Shown: positions 35,989-47,010 of the stretch, in pieces
Layout of the letters: each line of letters opens with the position of its first letter
Position numbering within the stretch: the stretch's first letter is position 1
Assembly: GCA_010909165.1 (NCBI GenBank)
Contig: MU008162.1
Span: 992,001 to 1,056,000, forward strand
Direction of reading: 5' to 3'
Origin: Anthoceros angustus
Taxonomy: Eukaryota > Plantae > Anthocerotophyta
Length of the DNA stretch: 64,000 bases
The notes under the pieces: model-generated
The model's database searches: none
The model's input: the letters and a program-made list of their open reading frames with translations, nothing else
Told to the model about the DNA's origin: nothing
Made by a program: the position numbers and the translations under genes

Positions 35989-38900
35989 CGAGGTCTGCGA
36001 ACTTCCAGGTAAGCTTCAGATGCATTGCTAGCAACCTTGTCCAACTTGGTCTTGTGGGTCGAGGACCCTCCTGAGCCTTGTACTGTCCATATCGTTCATG
36101 TTGCGTACATAATTTTTGATTTTTGTGCTGTGGATTGAAACAGTGCGATCTGCGAAGTTCATCTCCCGGAAGCAGTGGATCGTGGCGGGGGCTGATGATA
36201 TGTTCATCAGAGTGTATAATTACAACACGATGGACAAAGTTAAGGCTTTTGAAGCACATACAGACTATATCAGATGTGTGGCTGTGCATCCTACTCTGCC
36301 ATATGTGCTCTCTTCTTCAGATGATATGCTCATCAAGCTCTGGGATTGGGACAAAGGCTGGGCGTGCACTCAAATCTTTGAGGGTCACTCACATTATGTC
36401 ATGCAAGTTGCCTTTAACCCAAAGGACACCAACACTTTTGCCAGTGCATCTCTGGACAGGACTATTAAGGTAGATCTGTGATGTTTCCATACGTTGGTTT
36501 GGGAAGCGTCCTTGGTCCCTCCTCAGCCTTGTTCATCACAACACTTCATCTCTTTTCAGATCTGGAATTTGGGATCCCCCGAACCTAATTTCACCCTGGA
36601 GGCACATGCAAAAGGTGTGAACTGTGTCGATTACTTCACGGGTGGCGACAGGCCATATTTGATCACCGGCTCAGACGACCAGACAGCAAAGGTTTGTGCA
36701 TGTTGAATAGCCGGGAATGCAGCTGTCTTATGATTATGAGGCCCCTCTGGTCGAATTCAAGTGGCCTTCGTTTTATGTAGGTGTGGGATTACCAGACGAA
36801 AAGCTGTGTCCAGACTCTTGAGGGCCATACACACAATGTCTCAGCTGTTTGCTTCCATCCAGAGCTGCCAATTATCATTACAGGATCTGAAGATGGCACT
36901 GTTCGGATTTGGCATGCAACCACGTATAGGTCAGCCATGTGTTTTGCTTGGAAGAGGGTGGTCATTCTTATGTTGCAGTCTGTTCATCTCATGTGTTTGT
37001 TGGCAGACTAGAGAACACCTTAAATTATGGTCTGGAGCGCGTTTGGGCTATTGGTTATCTGAAGGGTTCAAACAGGTGAGCACGCTGGAGCATGTGGTTT
37101 GTTTTGTTTTGTGGTTGGTTCCATTTCACGCTTGCTCCTTGTTTTTGCAGTCAGAGTTCCACCTGACTTGGCATGTGCTATTGGCAGAGTTGCTGTTGGC
37201 TATGATGAGGGTACAATCATGGTGAAACTCGGTAGGGAAGAGCCTGTTGCCAGCATGGATGGAGGAGGCAAGATCATATGGGCTAAGCACAACGAAATTC
37301 AGACTGTCAACATCAAAGCAGTGGGAGCCGATTTTGAGGTTCCAACTGCTGCCTTAATGTGTGTCTCACGGCATTCTCAATTGTGGAGTCGGGAGGCCAT
37401 GTTTCAATATCGTCCTGGCTCATGCAGGTCACAGATGGTGAGCGTCTGCCCCTGGCAGTGAAGGAGCTTGGGAGCTGTGATTTGTATCCCCAAGTAAGCG
37501 TTGTATTTCTCATGGAAATCAACTGAAATATGTCTAGGTTTGTTTGTTTCTCCTCATGCTTGTCACTTCTAGATCTGACACCATGTTCACCTGTTCTTTT
37601 CAGAGTTTGAAGCATAACCCCAATGGTAGATTTGTTGTGGTTTGTGGGGATGGAGAATACATCATTTACACTGCATTGGCCTGGAGAAATCGCTCGTTTG
37701 GGTCAGCGCTTGAGTTTGCATGGTCAAGTGAGGGTGAATATGCAGCCCGTGAGAGTACTTCCAAGATAAAGATTTTTAGCAAGTCTTTTCAGGTAGGCTG
37801 GGAAGATGTACACTTTTTAATAGTACACTTTTTAACAACCCTCTTCACGGAGGTTAGTCAACAGGCCCCTGCTACTCTGTTGATTGTTCTCATTGTCTTG
37901 GTATTGATTTGCAGGAGAGGAAAGGCATCCGACCTACGTTTTCCGCGGAGGGCATATATGGCGGTTCCTTGTTGGCAGTGCGATCTAATGAGTTTGTTTG
38001 CTTCTATGACTGGGCCGAGTGCAGATTAGTGCGGAGGATTGATGTCATAGTGAAGGTATTTAAAGACATTTTCCTGACTTCTGTAAGGTTGAATTGAAGC
38101 TTTGTCAGGAGGGAGAGCTTTTTGACTTTCATGGTGTATCTTTGGCAGAACATTTATTGGTCAGACAGTGGAGACCTATTGGCTATTGCAAGTGACAGTC
38201 AATTTTACATACTGAAGTACAATGTAAGCCTTTCAGTTCTGCTGTGAATAAGCTGTTTTTATCTTATTTGTTCATTGTTGCTGACCAAGTGAACTATTTT
38301 AACTGGAGACTCCCATATGTCACATGCAGCGGGAGGCAGTGGCTTTGTTTCTGGAAAGTGGTAAAGCTGTTGATGAGGAAGGTGTGGAGGATGCGTTTGA
38401 GCTTCTGCATGAAATCTCTGAGCGTGTTCGCACTGGGGTCTGGGTGGGAGACTGCTTTATCTACAACAATTCAACATGGAGGCTAAACTACTGTGTTGGT
38501 GGGGAGGTATGTCTTGGACAAAGCATTGATGTTATCCATATGCTTCCCAAATTGGAAACCTGACATGGTATGTCTGGAATTGTGATCTTGCGATCACCTC
38601 TTCATCATGCATGTCTTTTTATCTGCTCAAAGTAATGATCCCCAGTGATGTTTGCTGGTGTTAATAGGTCACGACAATGTTTCACTTGGATCGTCCCATG
38701 TATTTGCTAGGGTATCTGGCAAATCAAAGTCGTGTCTATCTTATTGACAAGGAATTCAAGTATGTTTCTCATGTTGTTTTGTATTTTTCTTTATGACATC
38801 ATCTGCAGCACGGTTTCTGACTAATGCCGTATGTCAGTGTCATGAGCTACACCCTATTGCTTAGCCTGATTGAGTACAAGACTCTGATACTACGGGGCGA

Positions 38901-40467
38901 CTATGAGAGAGCACAGGAGGTCCTTCCGACTGTTCCTAGGGAACATTTGAATAGGTAATAAATGGTCAATTTTCTCTGCATGTGGATGTTGCAGCTATCT
39001 CTGTGCTCTCAGTTGGGATGGTTAAATTGCCTCCTGTACTGCAGTGTTGCTCGTTTCTTGGAGAGTCGAGGCATGCTAGAGGAGGCTCTCGCTGTTGCCA
39101 CAGATCCAGACTACAAGTTCGACTTAGCCGTTCAGCTAGGAAAGCTCGAAGTTGCACAGGTGTCAAAGCGAGCTTTATCGTTGTCTTGGTGCTGAGGATT
39201 TGCTTTTGAACGCTGCTGTTTTTAGTTCCTAATTCTTGAAGCTCCAACTGTCAGGCTATTGCTGAAGAAGCTCAAAGTGAGTCAAAGTGGAAGCAATTGG
39301 GAGAGCTGGCAATGTCTGCCGGGAAGGTGAACTTGAACTGATTTATTTTGCGTGTCACATCTTAACTTCCTTTCCATATCATGCATTGACTGTAAGGTAG
39401 TGGGTGTCCTGCAGCTGGATGTCGCAGAGGAATGTTTCAGTCATGCCACTGATCTCAGTGGATTGCTGCTCTTGTATTCATCCCTAGGCGATGTCCAGGG
39501 GTTGACAAAACTTGCTCAGCTAGCAAGAGAACAGGGGAAAAACAATGTTTCGTTCCTCTGTCTCTTTCTTCTAGGAAAACTGGAAGAATGTGTTGATCTT
39601 CTGGTGCAAAGGTTCTTTTCCATCTTGTCCTGGTTGATGTCATGTGAAGTGAAAGTTTGAGAATTGCTCCAATTATGAAAATTCTGACATTACATGAAAT
39701 TGAAATGCAGTAACCGGACACCAGAGGCAGCTTTTTGGCTCGCACTTATCTGCCAAGTAAAGTCTCTCCGGTTGTAGCTTTGTGGCGTAATGACCTCAAA
39801 AAGGTATGACTGCTCGTTCAATGTACCTGCAATACTGGGAAGTTGACCTGAATGGCATTTGAGAATCACTGCGTCTCTCACAAGCAGATAAACCAAAAAG
39901 CTGCGGAGTCGTTGGCAGATCCTGAGGAATACCCTAACTTGTTTACGCGGGACTGGGAGTGGGCATTGCAAGCAGAGCAGCAAACTGCAGCTTCTAGGTG
40001 AGGGTTTTGCAATTCTGGTTGTAAAAGGTACAAGAAATTATCGTTAAACTGCTGTTACCGTTTTCACCACTTGCAATACTGATGCGTATACGATTGCCCT
40101 TTTCAGAGAAGAATATCTACCAGCAACAGAATACTTGAATTATGTCGGTGCTACCAATGTGGACTTGATAGCCGAGTTGAAGAGATTGCATCTTAATGGT
40201 GAAACCCCAGTGGAGAACGGGAACTATGGACATGAGGTATGGAAACCTTACATTATAGTACATCTCGATTAATCCCCATTACATTAGAGTTGTGGTCCAC
40301 ATGTATCAGCTTCTCGTGTGCTGTGTCCTCAGGATGAAGAGGTGGAGGATGCAGAGCTCGTTGAGGCTGAGGAGGGTGCAGAGTTTGAGGATTCCCAACC
40401 GGAGCAGCATACAAATGGTACTGGAGAGGACACAGAGGGTTGGCATGAGAATGAGAAAGACGTGTGA
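35980..40467 (+). CDS. COPB2: Coatomer subunit beta' main copy, from mid exon 5 to stop TGA 40465-40467
   Basis: Continuous multi-exon WD40/alpha-solenoid coding: [67 protein letters not shown], and an acidic tail. Confidence 0.93.
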
Positions 40468-42665
40468 TGAAGTGAGGGAAGAAAGAGGAAGGAAGGTCCT
40501 CATGACCTGGTACTGGTACGTCTTTACATGTCATCGCCAAGTGCTGCGGTTTAAAAGTCGCGACGCTATTTAGCGAGTTCAGTTTCTGAAAACCCTACAC
40601 ACCAGTAGAGACGTTTGCAGCCAGCTCAGCACGGGCTGCTGAGCTCACAGGAATGCCACGCATATGTCTACATCTGTAGTCCGCGAGAAAAGTGTCCTCG
40701 AGAGGTTAGAAATTTTGACATTTTGACAGGGGGAGCAGATTTTAAATAACGAATGTCACAATTGTTTTGGTATCTTTGCCATCGGTAATCAACAACTGTC
40801 TGCGCTGAGCTTCGTAAGGTTGGTGTCATGCAGAGGCCTAACATTCTGCTATCGCTTGCTGTGCGCCTCATGTTCTGAGAGGTGCGTTTTCGACCCAAGA
40901 AATTTGTAGGTGTACAGGAATCTGAGGAGCTCGGTTAAATGAAACAAGCAAGCCTTCAGGTGCAGCAGTGCAAGGAACCCAACACTTCTTCGTCTGTGAG
41001 AATGTCTGGGTGGGGGATCAACAATTTTTTTCGGTAAGAAGAGCTCCCAATCTCCTGACCTTGGCGAGGTCCTGGGGTTGACAAAACTTGCTCAGCTAGC
41101 AAGAGAACAGGGGAAAAACAATGTTTCGTTCCTCTGTCTCTTTCTTCTAGGAAAACTGGAAGAATGTGTTGATCTTCTGGTGCAAAGGTTCTTTTCCATC
41201 TTGTCCTGGTTGATGTCATGTGAAGTGAAAGTTTGAGAATTGCTCCAATTATGAAAATTCTGACATTACATGAAATTGAAATGCAGTAACCGGACACCAG
41301 AGGCAGCTTTTTTGGCTCGCACTTATCTGCCAAGTAAAGTCTCTCCGGTTGTAGCTTTGTGGCGTAATGACCTCAAAAAGGTATGACTGCTCGTTCAATG
41401 TACCTGCAATACTGGGAAGTTGACCTGAATGGCATTTGAGAATCACTGCGTCTCTCACAAGCAGATAAACCAAAAAGCTGCGGAGTCGTTGGCAGATCCT
41501 GAGGAATACCCTAACTTGTTTACGCGGGACTGGGAGTGGGCATTGCAAGCAGAGCAGCAAACTGCAGCTTCTAGGTGAGGGTTTTGCAATTCTGGTTGTA
41601 AAAGGTACAAGAAATTATCGTTAAACTGCTGTTACCGTTTTCACCACTTGCAATACTGATGCGTATACGATTGCCCTTTTCAGAGAAGAATATCTACCAG
41701 CAACAGAATACTTGAATTATGTCGGTGCTACCAATGTGGACTTGATAGCCGAGTTGAAGAGATTGCATCTTAATGGTGAAACCCCAGTGGAGAACGGGAA
41801 CTATGGACATGAGGTATGGAAACCTTACATTATAGTACATCTCGATTAATCCCCATTACATTAGAGTTGTGGTCCACATGTATCAGCTTCTCGTGTGCTG
41901 TGTCCTCAGGATGAAGAGGTGGAGGATGCAGAGCTCGTTGAGGCTGAGGAGGGTGCAGAGTTTGAGGATTCCCAACCGGAGCAGCATACAAATGGTACTG
42001 GAGAGGACACAGAGGGTTGGCATGAGAATGAGAAAGACGTGTGATGAAGTGGAGGGAAGAAAGAGGAAGGAAGGTCCTCATGACCTGGTACTGGTACGTC
42101 TTTACATATGTCATCGCCAAGTGCTGCGGTTTAAAGTCGCGACGCTATTTAGCGAGTTCAGTTTCTGAAAACCCTACACACCAGTAGAGACGCTTGCAGC
42201 TAGCTCAGCACGGGCTGCTGAGCTCACAGGGAATGCCACGGCATATGTCTACATCTGTAGTCCGCGAGAAAAGTGTCTCGGAGAGGGTTAGAAATTTTGA
42301 CATTTTGACAGGAGTGAGCAGATTTTAACACGAATGTCACAATTGTTTTGTCATGGTATCTTTGCCATCGGTAATCAACAACTGTCTGCGCTGAGCTTCG
42401 TAAGGTTGGTGTCATGCAGAGGCCTACACGTTCTGCTATCGCTTGTTGTGCGCCTCATGTTCCGAGAGGTGCGTTTTCGACCCAAGAAATTTGTAGGTGT
42501 ACAGGAATCTACGAGGAGCTCCCGGTTAAATGAAACAAGCAAGCCTTCAGGTGCAGCAGTGCAAGGAACCCAGCACTTCTTCGTCTGTGAGAATGTATGG
42601 GTGGGGAAGGATCAACAATTTTTTCGGTAAGAAGAGCTCCCGGTCTCCTGACCTTGGCGAGGTCC
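39487..42665. repeat. Tandem duplication (~1576-1593 bp) of the COPB2 3' end and downstream DNA; second stop at 42042-42044
   Basis: The junction at ~41063 (GGCGAGGTCCTGGGGTTG) is a hybrid of 42656 (GGCGAGGTCCTGTGG) and 39487 (GGCGATGTCCAGGGGTTG). The copies differ by small indels. Confidence 0.93.
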
Positions 42666-42759
42666 TGTGGCTACATAGCCGATGACACGTTATGTCAGCA
42701 GGGGAAGCTTACTGAGGCCGTTGGGGCAGACATTCTATCCTATTTCTCAGTCTCTGTTC

Positions 42760-43110
42760 TGTATTGAAATAAAACTAAAACTGTGCTGCTAAGAACGATC
42801 TCACTGTTGAGTATGGGTTCGAGACGATGCATACTTGATGCTCTCGAATCTGTGCATGAAGCATGCAGCACAAGCTGCTTGCACTTCTTGAAACCCACAA
42901 TTGCACACGACGTGAAACAGACGTCAGAGGATAAGATGCATGGTGCCTTATTATTGCACAGCACTGCAAATACTAAGGACTTCCTGGCGTATGCTTTGCT
43001 GGAAGTGCCAAGCTCAAGTTCATGGGACAATTTGTGTCCATCCTCAAGGCTGCCACACTTTCGCATACATTGTCTATGACATTGGAGGGCACAAACTCAT
43101 CCTCCTACTG
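42760..43110 (-). pseudogene. Highly decayed PPR remnant
   Basis: Across a frameshift it reads MYAK/CGSLEDGHKL, and further on LHAQIREHQV, both PLS-PPR-like fragments. Confidence 0.5.
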
Positions 43111-43903
43111 TCCTTGTTCTCTAACCCCTTCATACCATGGTCAAGTCCAACCTGAAGAGTGTTTTGTGTGTCAAAAGACCGAATATTTCTAAACAGCGAG
43201 GTAACGCTTGCGCAGACAACCAATTCTATCCAGCCCCCACCAATACGAAAAAAAAAACAACCACTTCCACTTCTGAGAGAATGTCTGGGTGGGGAAGGAT
43301 CAACAATGTTTCTGGTAAGAAGAGCACCCGGTCTCCTGAGAGGTTGTGGAAGTTGAAGGGGAGAGTTGCAGCTTGGCAGCCTGTGAGTTCTCATCTTTTG
43401 CCCACCTGGCAACGTCCCTGATCACATCCAAGTACCGCTGCACAACTGGTTTGCATTTGGGGTGGCGATTCGAGAACTGCTGCCTGCTGCAATCCCTCAC
43501 ATCCGCTGCTGAAGATCCATGCTGTTCCCTCTTCTTCTCTTTCTCGAATTCACTGTGCTTGGGCATCATCTTGCGCTGACTCTCCTGCTGCTCCCGCCAA
43601 CTTAGGGCTGCGGCTCACAATCTGGCCTCACCTCCTTCCTCTCGTTGTCTTTCACAGCCATGCTAAACTCCTCCACCTCGATGGCCTGGCCTACCAGCAA
43701 ACCTCCACGGACACCATCGCACCGGAACCTCCTGCCGCTCACAGGCTGCTACAACATCCTACACCTGGAATTTCAGATCCCGGCAGGTCAGCTTCTATTC
43801 TAGATGATGTACATATATGCATCCCTTGAGCCCTAAAGACAGAGGGTGAGTCCCAGACGCTTGTGGGTTGTCGCACCTGCTCCGAAGTCTTTGTGGGTTG
43901 GAG

Positions 43904-44418
43904 ATGGCGGGCACCCAGGAACTGGGCTCTGAGTCTGACGCCAGTCAGGCCACCTTCTCCTTCTCGGGGGAGGACCACACCCTGGGCAATTCTCTCCGAT
44001 TCGTGCTGAACAAGGAGTAAGCAGGATGCTACCCTCCAGCTGCAGCTGCGGCTTGTTGCATAATGCTCTCGCTAATCCCACCTGTCGCGTGTGGTTGCAG
44101 TCCACGAGTCGGATTCTGCGGTTACAGCGTCCCACACGCTTCGGAGAATCGGGTGAATGTGCGGGTGCAAACAACAGGTGTGTAATGGGCTGTACATGGG
44201 CAGTTTTGCTTCCAGCAGATGTGAAATCGTGAATTTGCATAATGTTGGTGTGGCCTGCAGGCGATCCAGCCAAGGAAGTGGTTAAGGACGCTCTGCAAGA
44301 TTTGATGGTTATGTGCGAGCATGTCACAAACACTTTCAACAAGGCGGTAGATGAACACAGAGCCATTCAGGGGATGAGCAACGTCAGTATGAAATCTGGA
44401 CTGACGAACCAAACCTAA
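43904..44418 (+). CDS. RPAC2: RNA polymerase I/III shared subunit AC19; exons 43904-44016, 44101-44177, 44261-44418
   Basis: [60 protein letters not shown] matches AC19 rather than RPB11. GT-AG introns. Confidence 0.92.
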
Positions 44419-45104
44419 CCTGGAGATGATTGTTGTTGTCATCGTTGTCCAGTCAGTTTGGGGACAAACCAATCACCAAGTCTGAGGCTTAACGTAGCAT
44501 GCTGATCTTCAACTCGGTACACAAGTTCCTCATCGAAGGCCCATCAAAGGAATCGATTGAGAAGAACCTGTTGTAGATGTATTGTCCTCCCGAACGTTAT
44601 GATGTTGTCACAGGAAAAGAATTTTTTTTTCCATTCTGATCTTCAAATTAACTTTTTCTTCCATTCCCCGACGTCAGTCGTTCACAATCCTGCATATTTT
44701 TGCATGCCCCATTCCCCATTGCGCGAGGGATGGGAGCATGGGCATGGACTCATGGACACTGGAAACCGGAAGGCACCCAGCTTGGGCGCGTGGGCGATGG
44801 TGGGCCCCACTGCTTATGGATGCCAGGAATCCACCCTCCTGCCTGTACAGGACAAGGCAAATTGAAGGAACGTCCACTATCCAGGTATCCAGGAGGACTA
44901 GATTATTCCAAGTCCCACCCTTCACTAAGGTAAGCTCGCGTCACGAGATTGCTACCCTAAGACGGTAAACATAGAACTATGTACGTCGCATTCCCTCAAA
45001 CCTCAACCGACTACAACACACGGCCAAAATGCTCTCTGGTGATCTCGCTCCAAATTTTGGAATAAACTTCCGGCTTCTTTTAAAGCTCGACAGTACTGCA
45101 GGAG

Positions 45105-45355
45105 GGGTATGGATGCCGCCCATGAAGCTTCCAGACAGGATACAAGTTTTGACGGAGGTGGAGCAGTCTCTAAAGAAAGTATTCAGAGCCAAGTATCCTA
45201 AAGAAACTATGGGGACCATGAGAAACACCTATGGGTGCCGCCCATGAAGCTTCCAGACCGGGAGTACAAGTTTTGACGGACATGTAGCAGACGCTAAAGA
45301 AAGTGTTAAGAGCCATGTATCCTAAAGAAACTATGGGGACCACGAGAAACACCTC
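45105..45355. repeat. Two diverged tandem copies of a 122-bp unit
   Basis: CATGAAGCTTCCAGAC at 45121 and 45243. CCTAAAGAAACTATGGGGACCA is present in both copies. Confidence 0.85.
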
Positions 45356-45797
45356 AGGATCTTTGCAAGGTCTTCAAGTTACTTCTGGAACACCTTCAGC
45401 GCTGTTTTTACAGCTGTTAAGATGTCTGGGTCCAAACTGCGGCCTTGGGCTTGGAATCTGGTACAGCCATCACAGGAGGCACAAGATTTAACCCTGCCAT
45501 TGTCTCTAACCGAGTTCACTACCAGAAGTCATCACATTCACTGCAAAACGGCATACCGGATATCCAATAGAAAGTGTTGATGGAAGCAACAATCCTCTTG
45601 GCCATTGTACCCGGCTAGGCTCCGATGTCGACCAGAAGCAATAGCTGCCTCGCCACAGGATGGAAGGCATGCCTAGACGTGCATACACAGGCAAGGTGTC
45701 TGCAATGAATCCTCCACAGAAAAAAGAGTGTCTATGTCGGCGTCCAAGATTCCTCATGCGGCTCTGGATACTCCCTCCCAGCAGTACAGCTAAGGTC

Positions 45798-46514
45798 CTA
45801 ATCGTCGTGAGGAGCAAGATAGAGCCTGTGCCTCACCCGGCAATGGAGAGCAATGGCACTCAGGGCCAATGCTTCCTGCCTGTTCACCGGACCTTGGATA
45901 ATATCAACGTCATTGGGACTAGTCTGCAATTTCTCGTGATAAGGATCATTGATGACCTTGAACATCTTTTCGACATGCTGGAACGTGGTCTCGTCATCCC
46001 AATTGGTCCTAGCCTTAATCCGGCCCAGAAGATCCTCGTGGTGTTGCAGCATTCCCTTCCAGTCATGCGAGTCGTTATTCTGCTGAGCCCAGATTTCCAT
46101 AATGCCTTTCATGTTCCACCACCCGGACTTGATCATAATCTGCCTGTTAGCTTCCTCGAGCATCCGGTCCCGCCGGAAAATCTCCTGATCAAACTGCTTC
46201 CGCATAGACACGAATTCCTGGTTCCTCATCGACAGCTCGTAATCCCTCTGCCTTGTCTCATTCCGGATCTTCTCATACACAGCGTTGTCCAGAGCAACAC
46301 GGAAGTCGATGTTATCAAGCTGCCCCACCAGCTCCTCGTAGGTAGGAGGCCTGTGTCCGTAATCAGGCTCCGCAGGTGCACCATACTCCTGGAACCTGCC
46401 CCCTGCCAAGAGAAAGCACCGTGCCTGAGCTACCTCCAAAAACTTCACTGGACAGCCATTTGCCAGCAGAGCCTTGGCGCAGCGTCCGGCCATTGAAGAC
46501 AGCATGGATGCCAT
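45798..46514 (-). CDS. Intronless protein of unknown function (~238 aa from ATG 46514) with a possible mitochondrial presequence and a coiled coil
   Basis: Long open frame with an S/R/A-rich N-terminus (MASMLSSMAGRCAKALL) and a charged heptad region (YEKIRNETRQRDYELSMRNQEFVSMRKQFDQEIFRRDRMLEE). The in-register antisense frame is also open, as is typical of coding DNA. Confidence 0.65.
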   Translation of the reverse strand: MASMLSSMAGRCAKALLANGCPVKFLEVAQARCFLLAGGRFQEYGAPAEPDYGHRPPTYEELVGQLDNIDFRVALDNAVYEKIRNETRQRDYELSMRNQEFVSMRKQFDQEIFRRDRMLEEANRQIMIKSGWWNMKGIMEIWAQQNNDSHDWKGMLQHHEDLLGRIKARTNWDDETTFQHVEKMFKVINDPYHEKLQTSPNDVDIIQGPVNRQEALALSAIALHCRVRHRLYLAPHDD

Positions 46515-47010
46515 AACAGAACGACAATCCGGCGACCCACAACCGACAGAGATGCACGCAAGTTTCTGCTGCCGATCAGACCCGTTGCTGCTCTCGCAAA
46601 TGCCCGCACACCTACTGCTCCCAAATGGAAGCAAAAGAGTTTAGGGTTTAAGGTCTCTTAAGCCCTAGTCTAGGCCTACACGAGTCGCGGCTTCTCGCCG
46701 TCTTCCACGACTGACAAGCACCTGATTCCCTTCTCTTGCAATTGACCTGAGAATCAACTCCGAGGAGAAATCGTACTTCCGTGGATCAAGAGCTGAGAAA
46801 ATCTTTCGGCCATTGGCAGATCCGGAATATGAACCAGCATTCACCTGCCCACACGTGAAGACCAGGTTGCCCTTATTGTTTCAGGTACATACGTTGAGTT
46901 GGGTGTGAAGCTTCTGGATCTTCTGTCGAGAGGCCAAAGGCTGGTGGTGGCAACGAGCAGTGCATGATCTAGTGTTCTGCTACCATTGGTTCTCAGGTTG
47001 TCTCGCGAAG

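Noticed and set aside
43904-44418. RNA polymerase II subunit RPB11
   Set aside because: [10 protein letters not shown] and [10 protein letters not shown] match the AC19/RPAC2 paralog.
45660-46496. 278-aa plus-strand ORF
   Set aside because: Codon-aligned antisense of the minus-strand orphan ORF; the minus reading has more protein-like composition.
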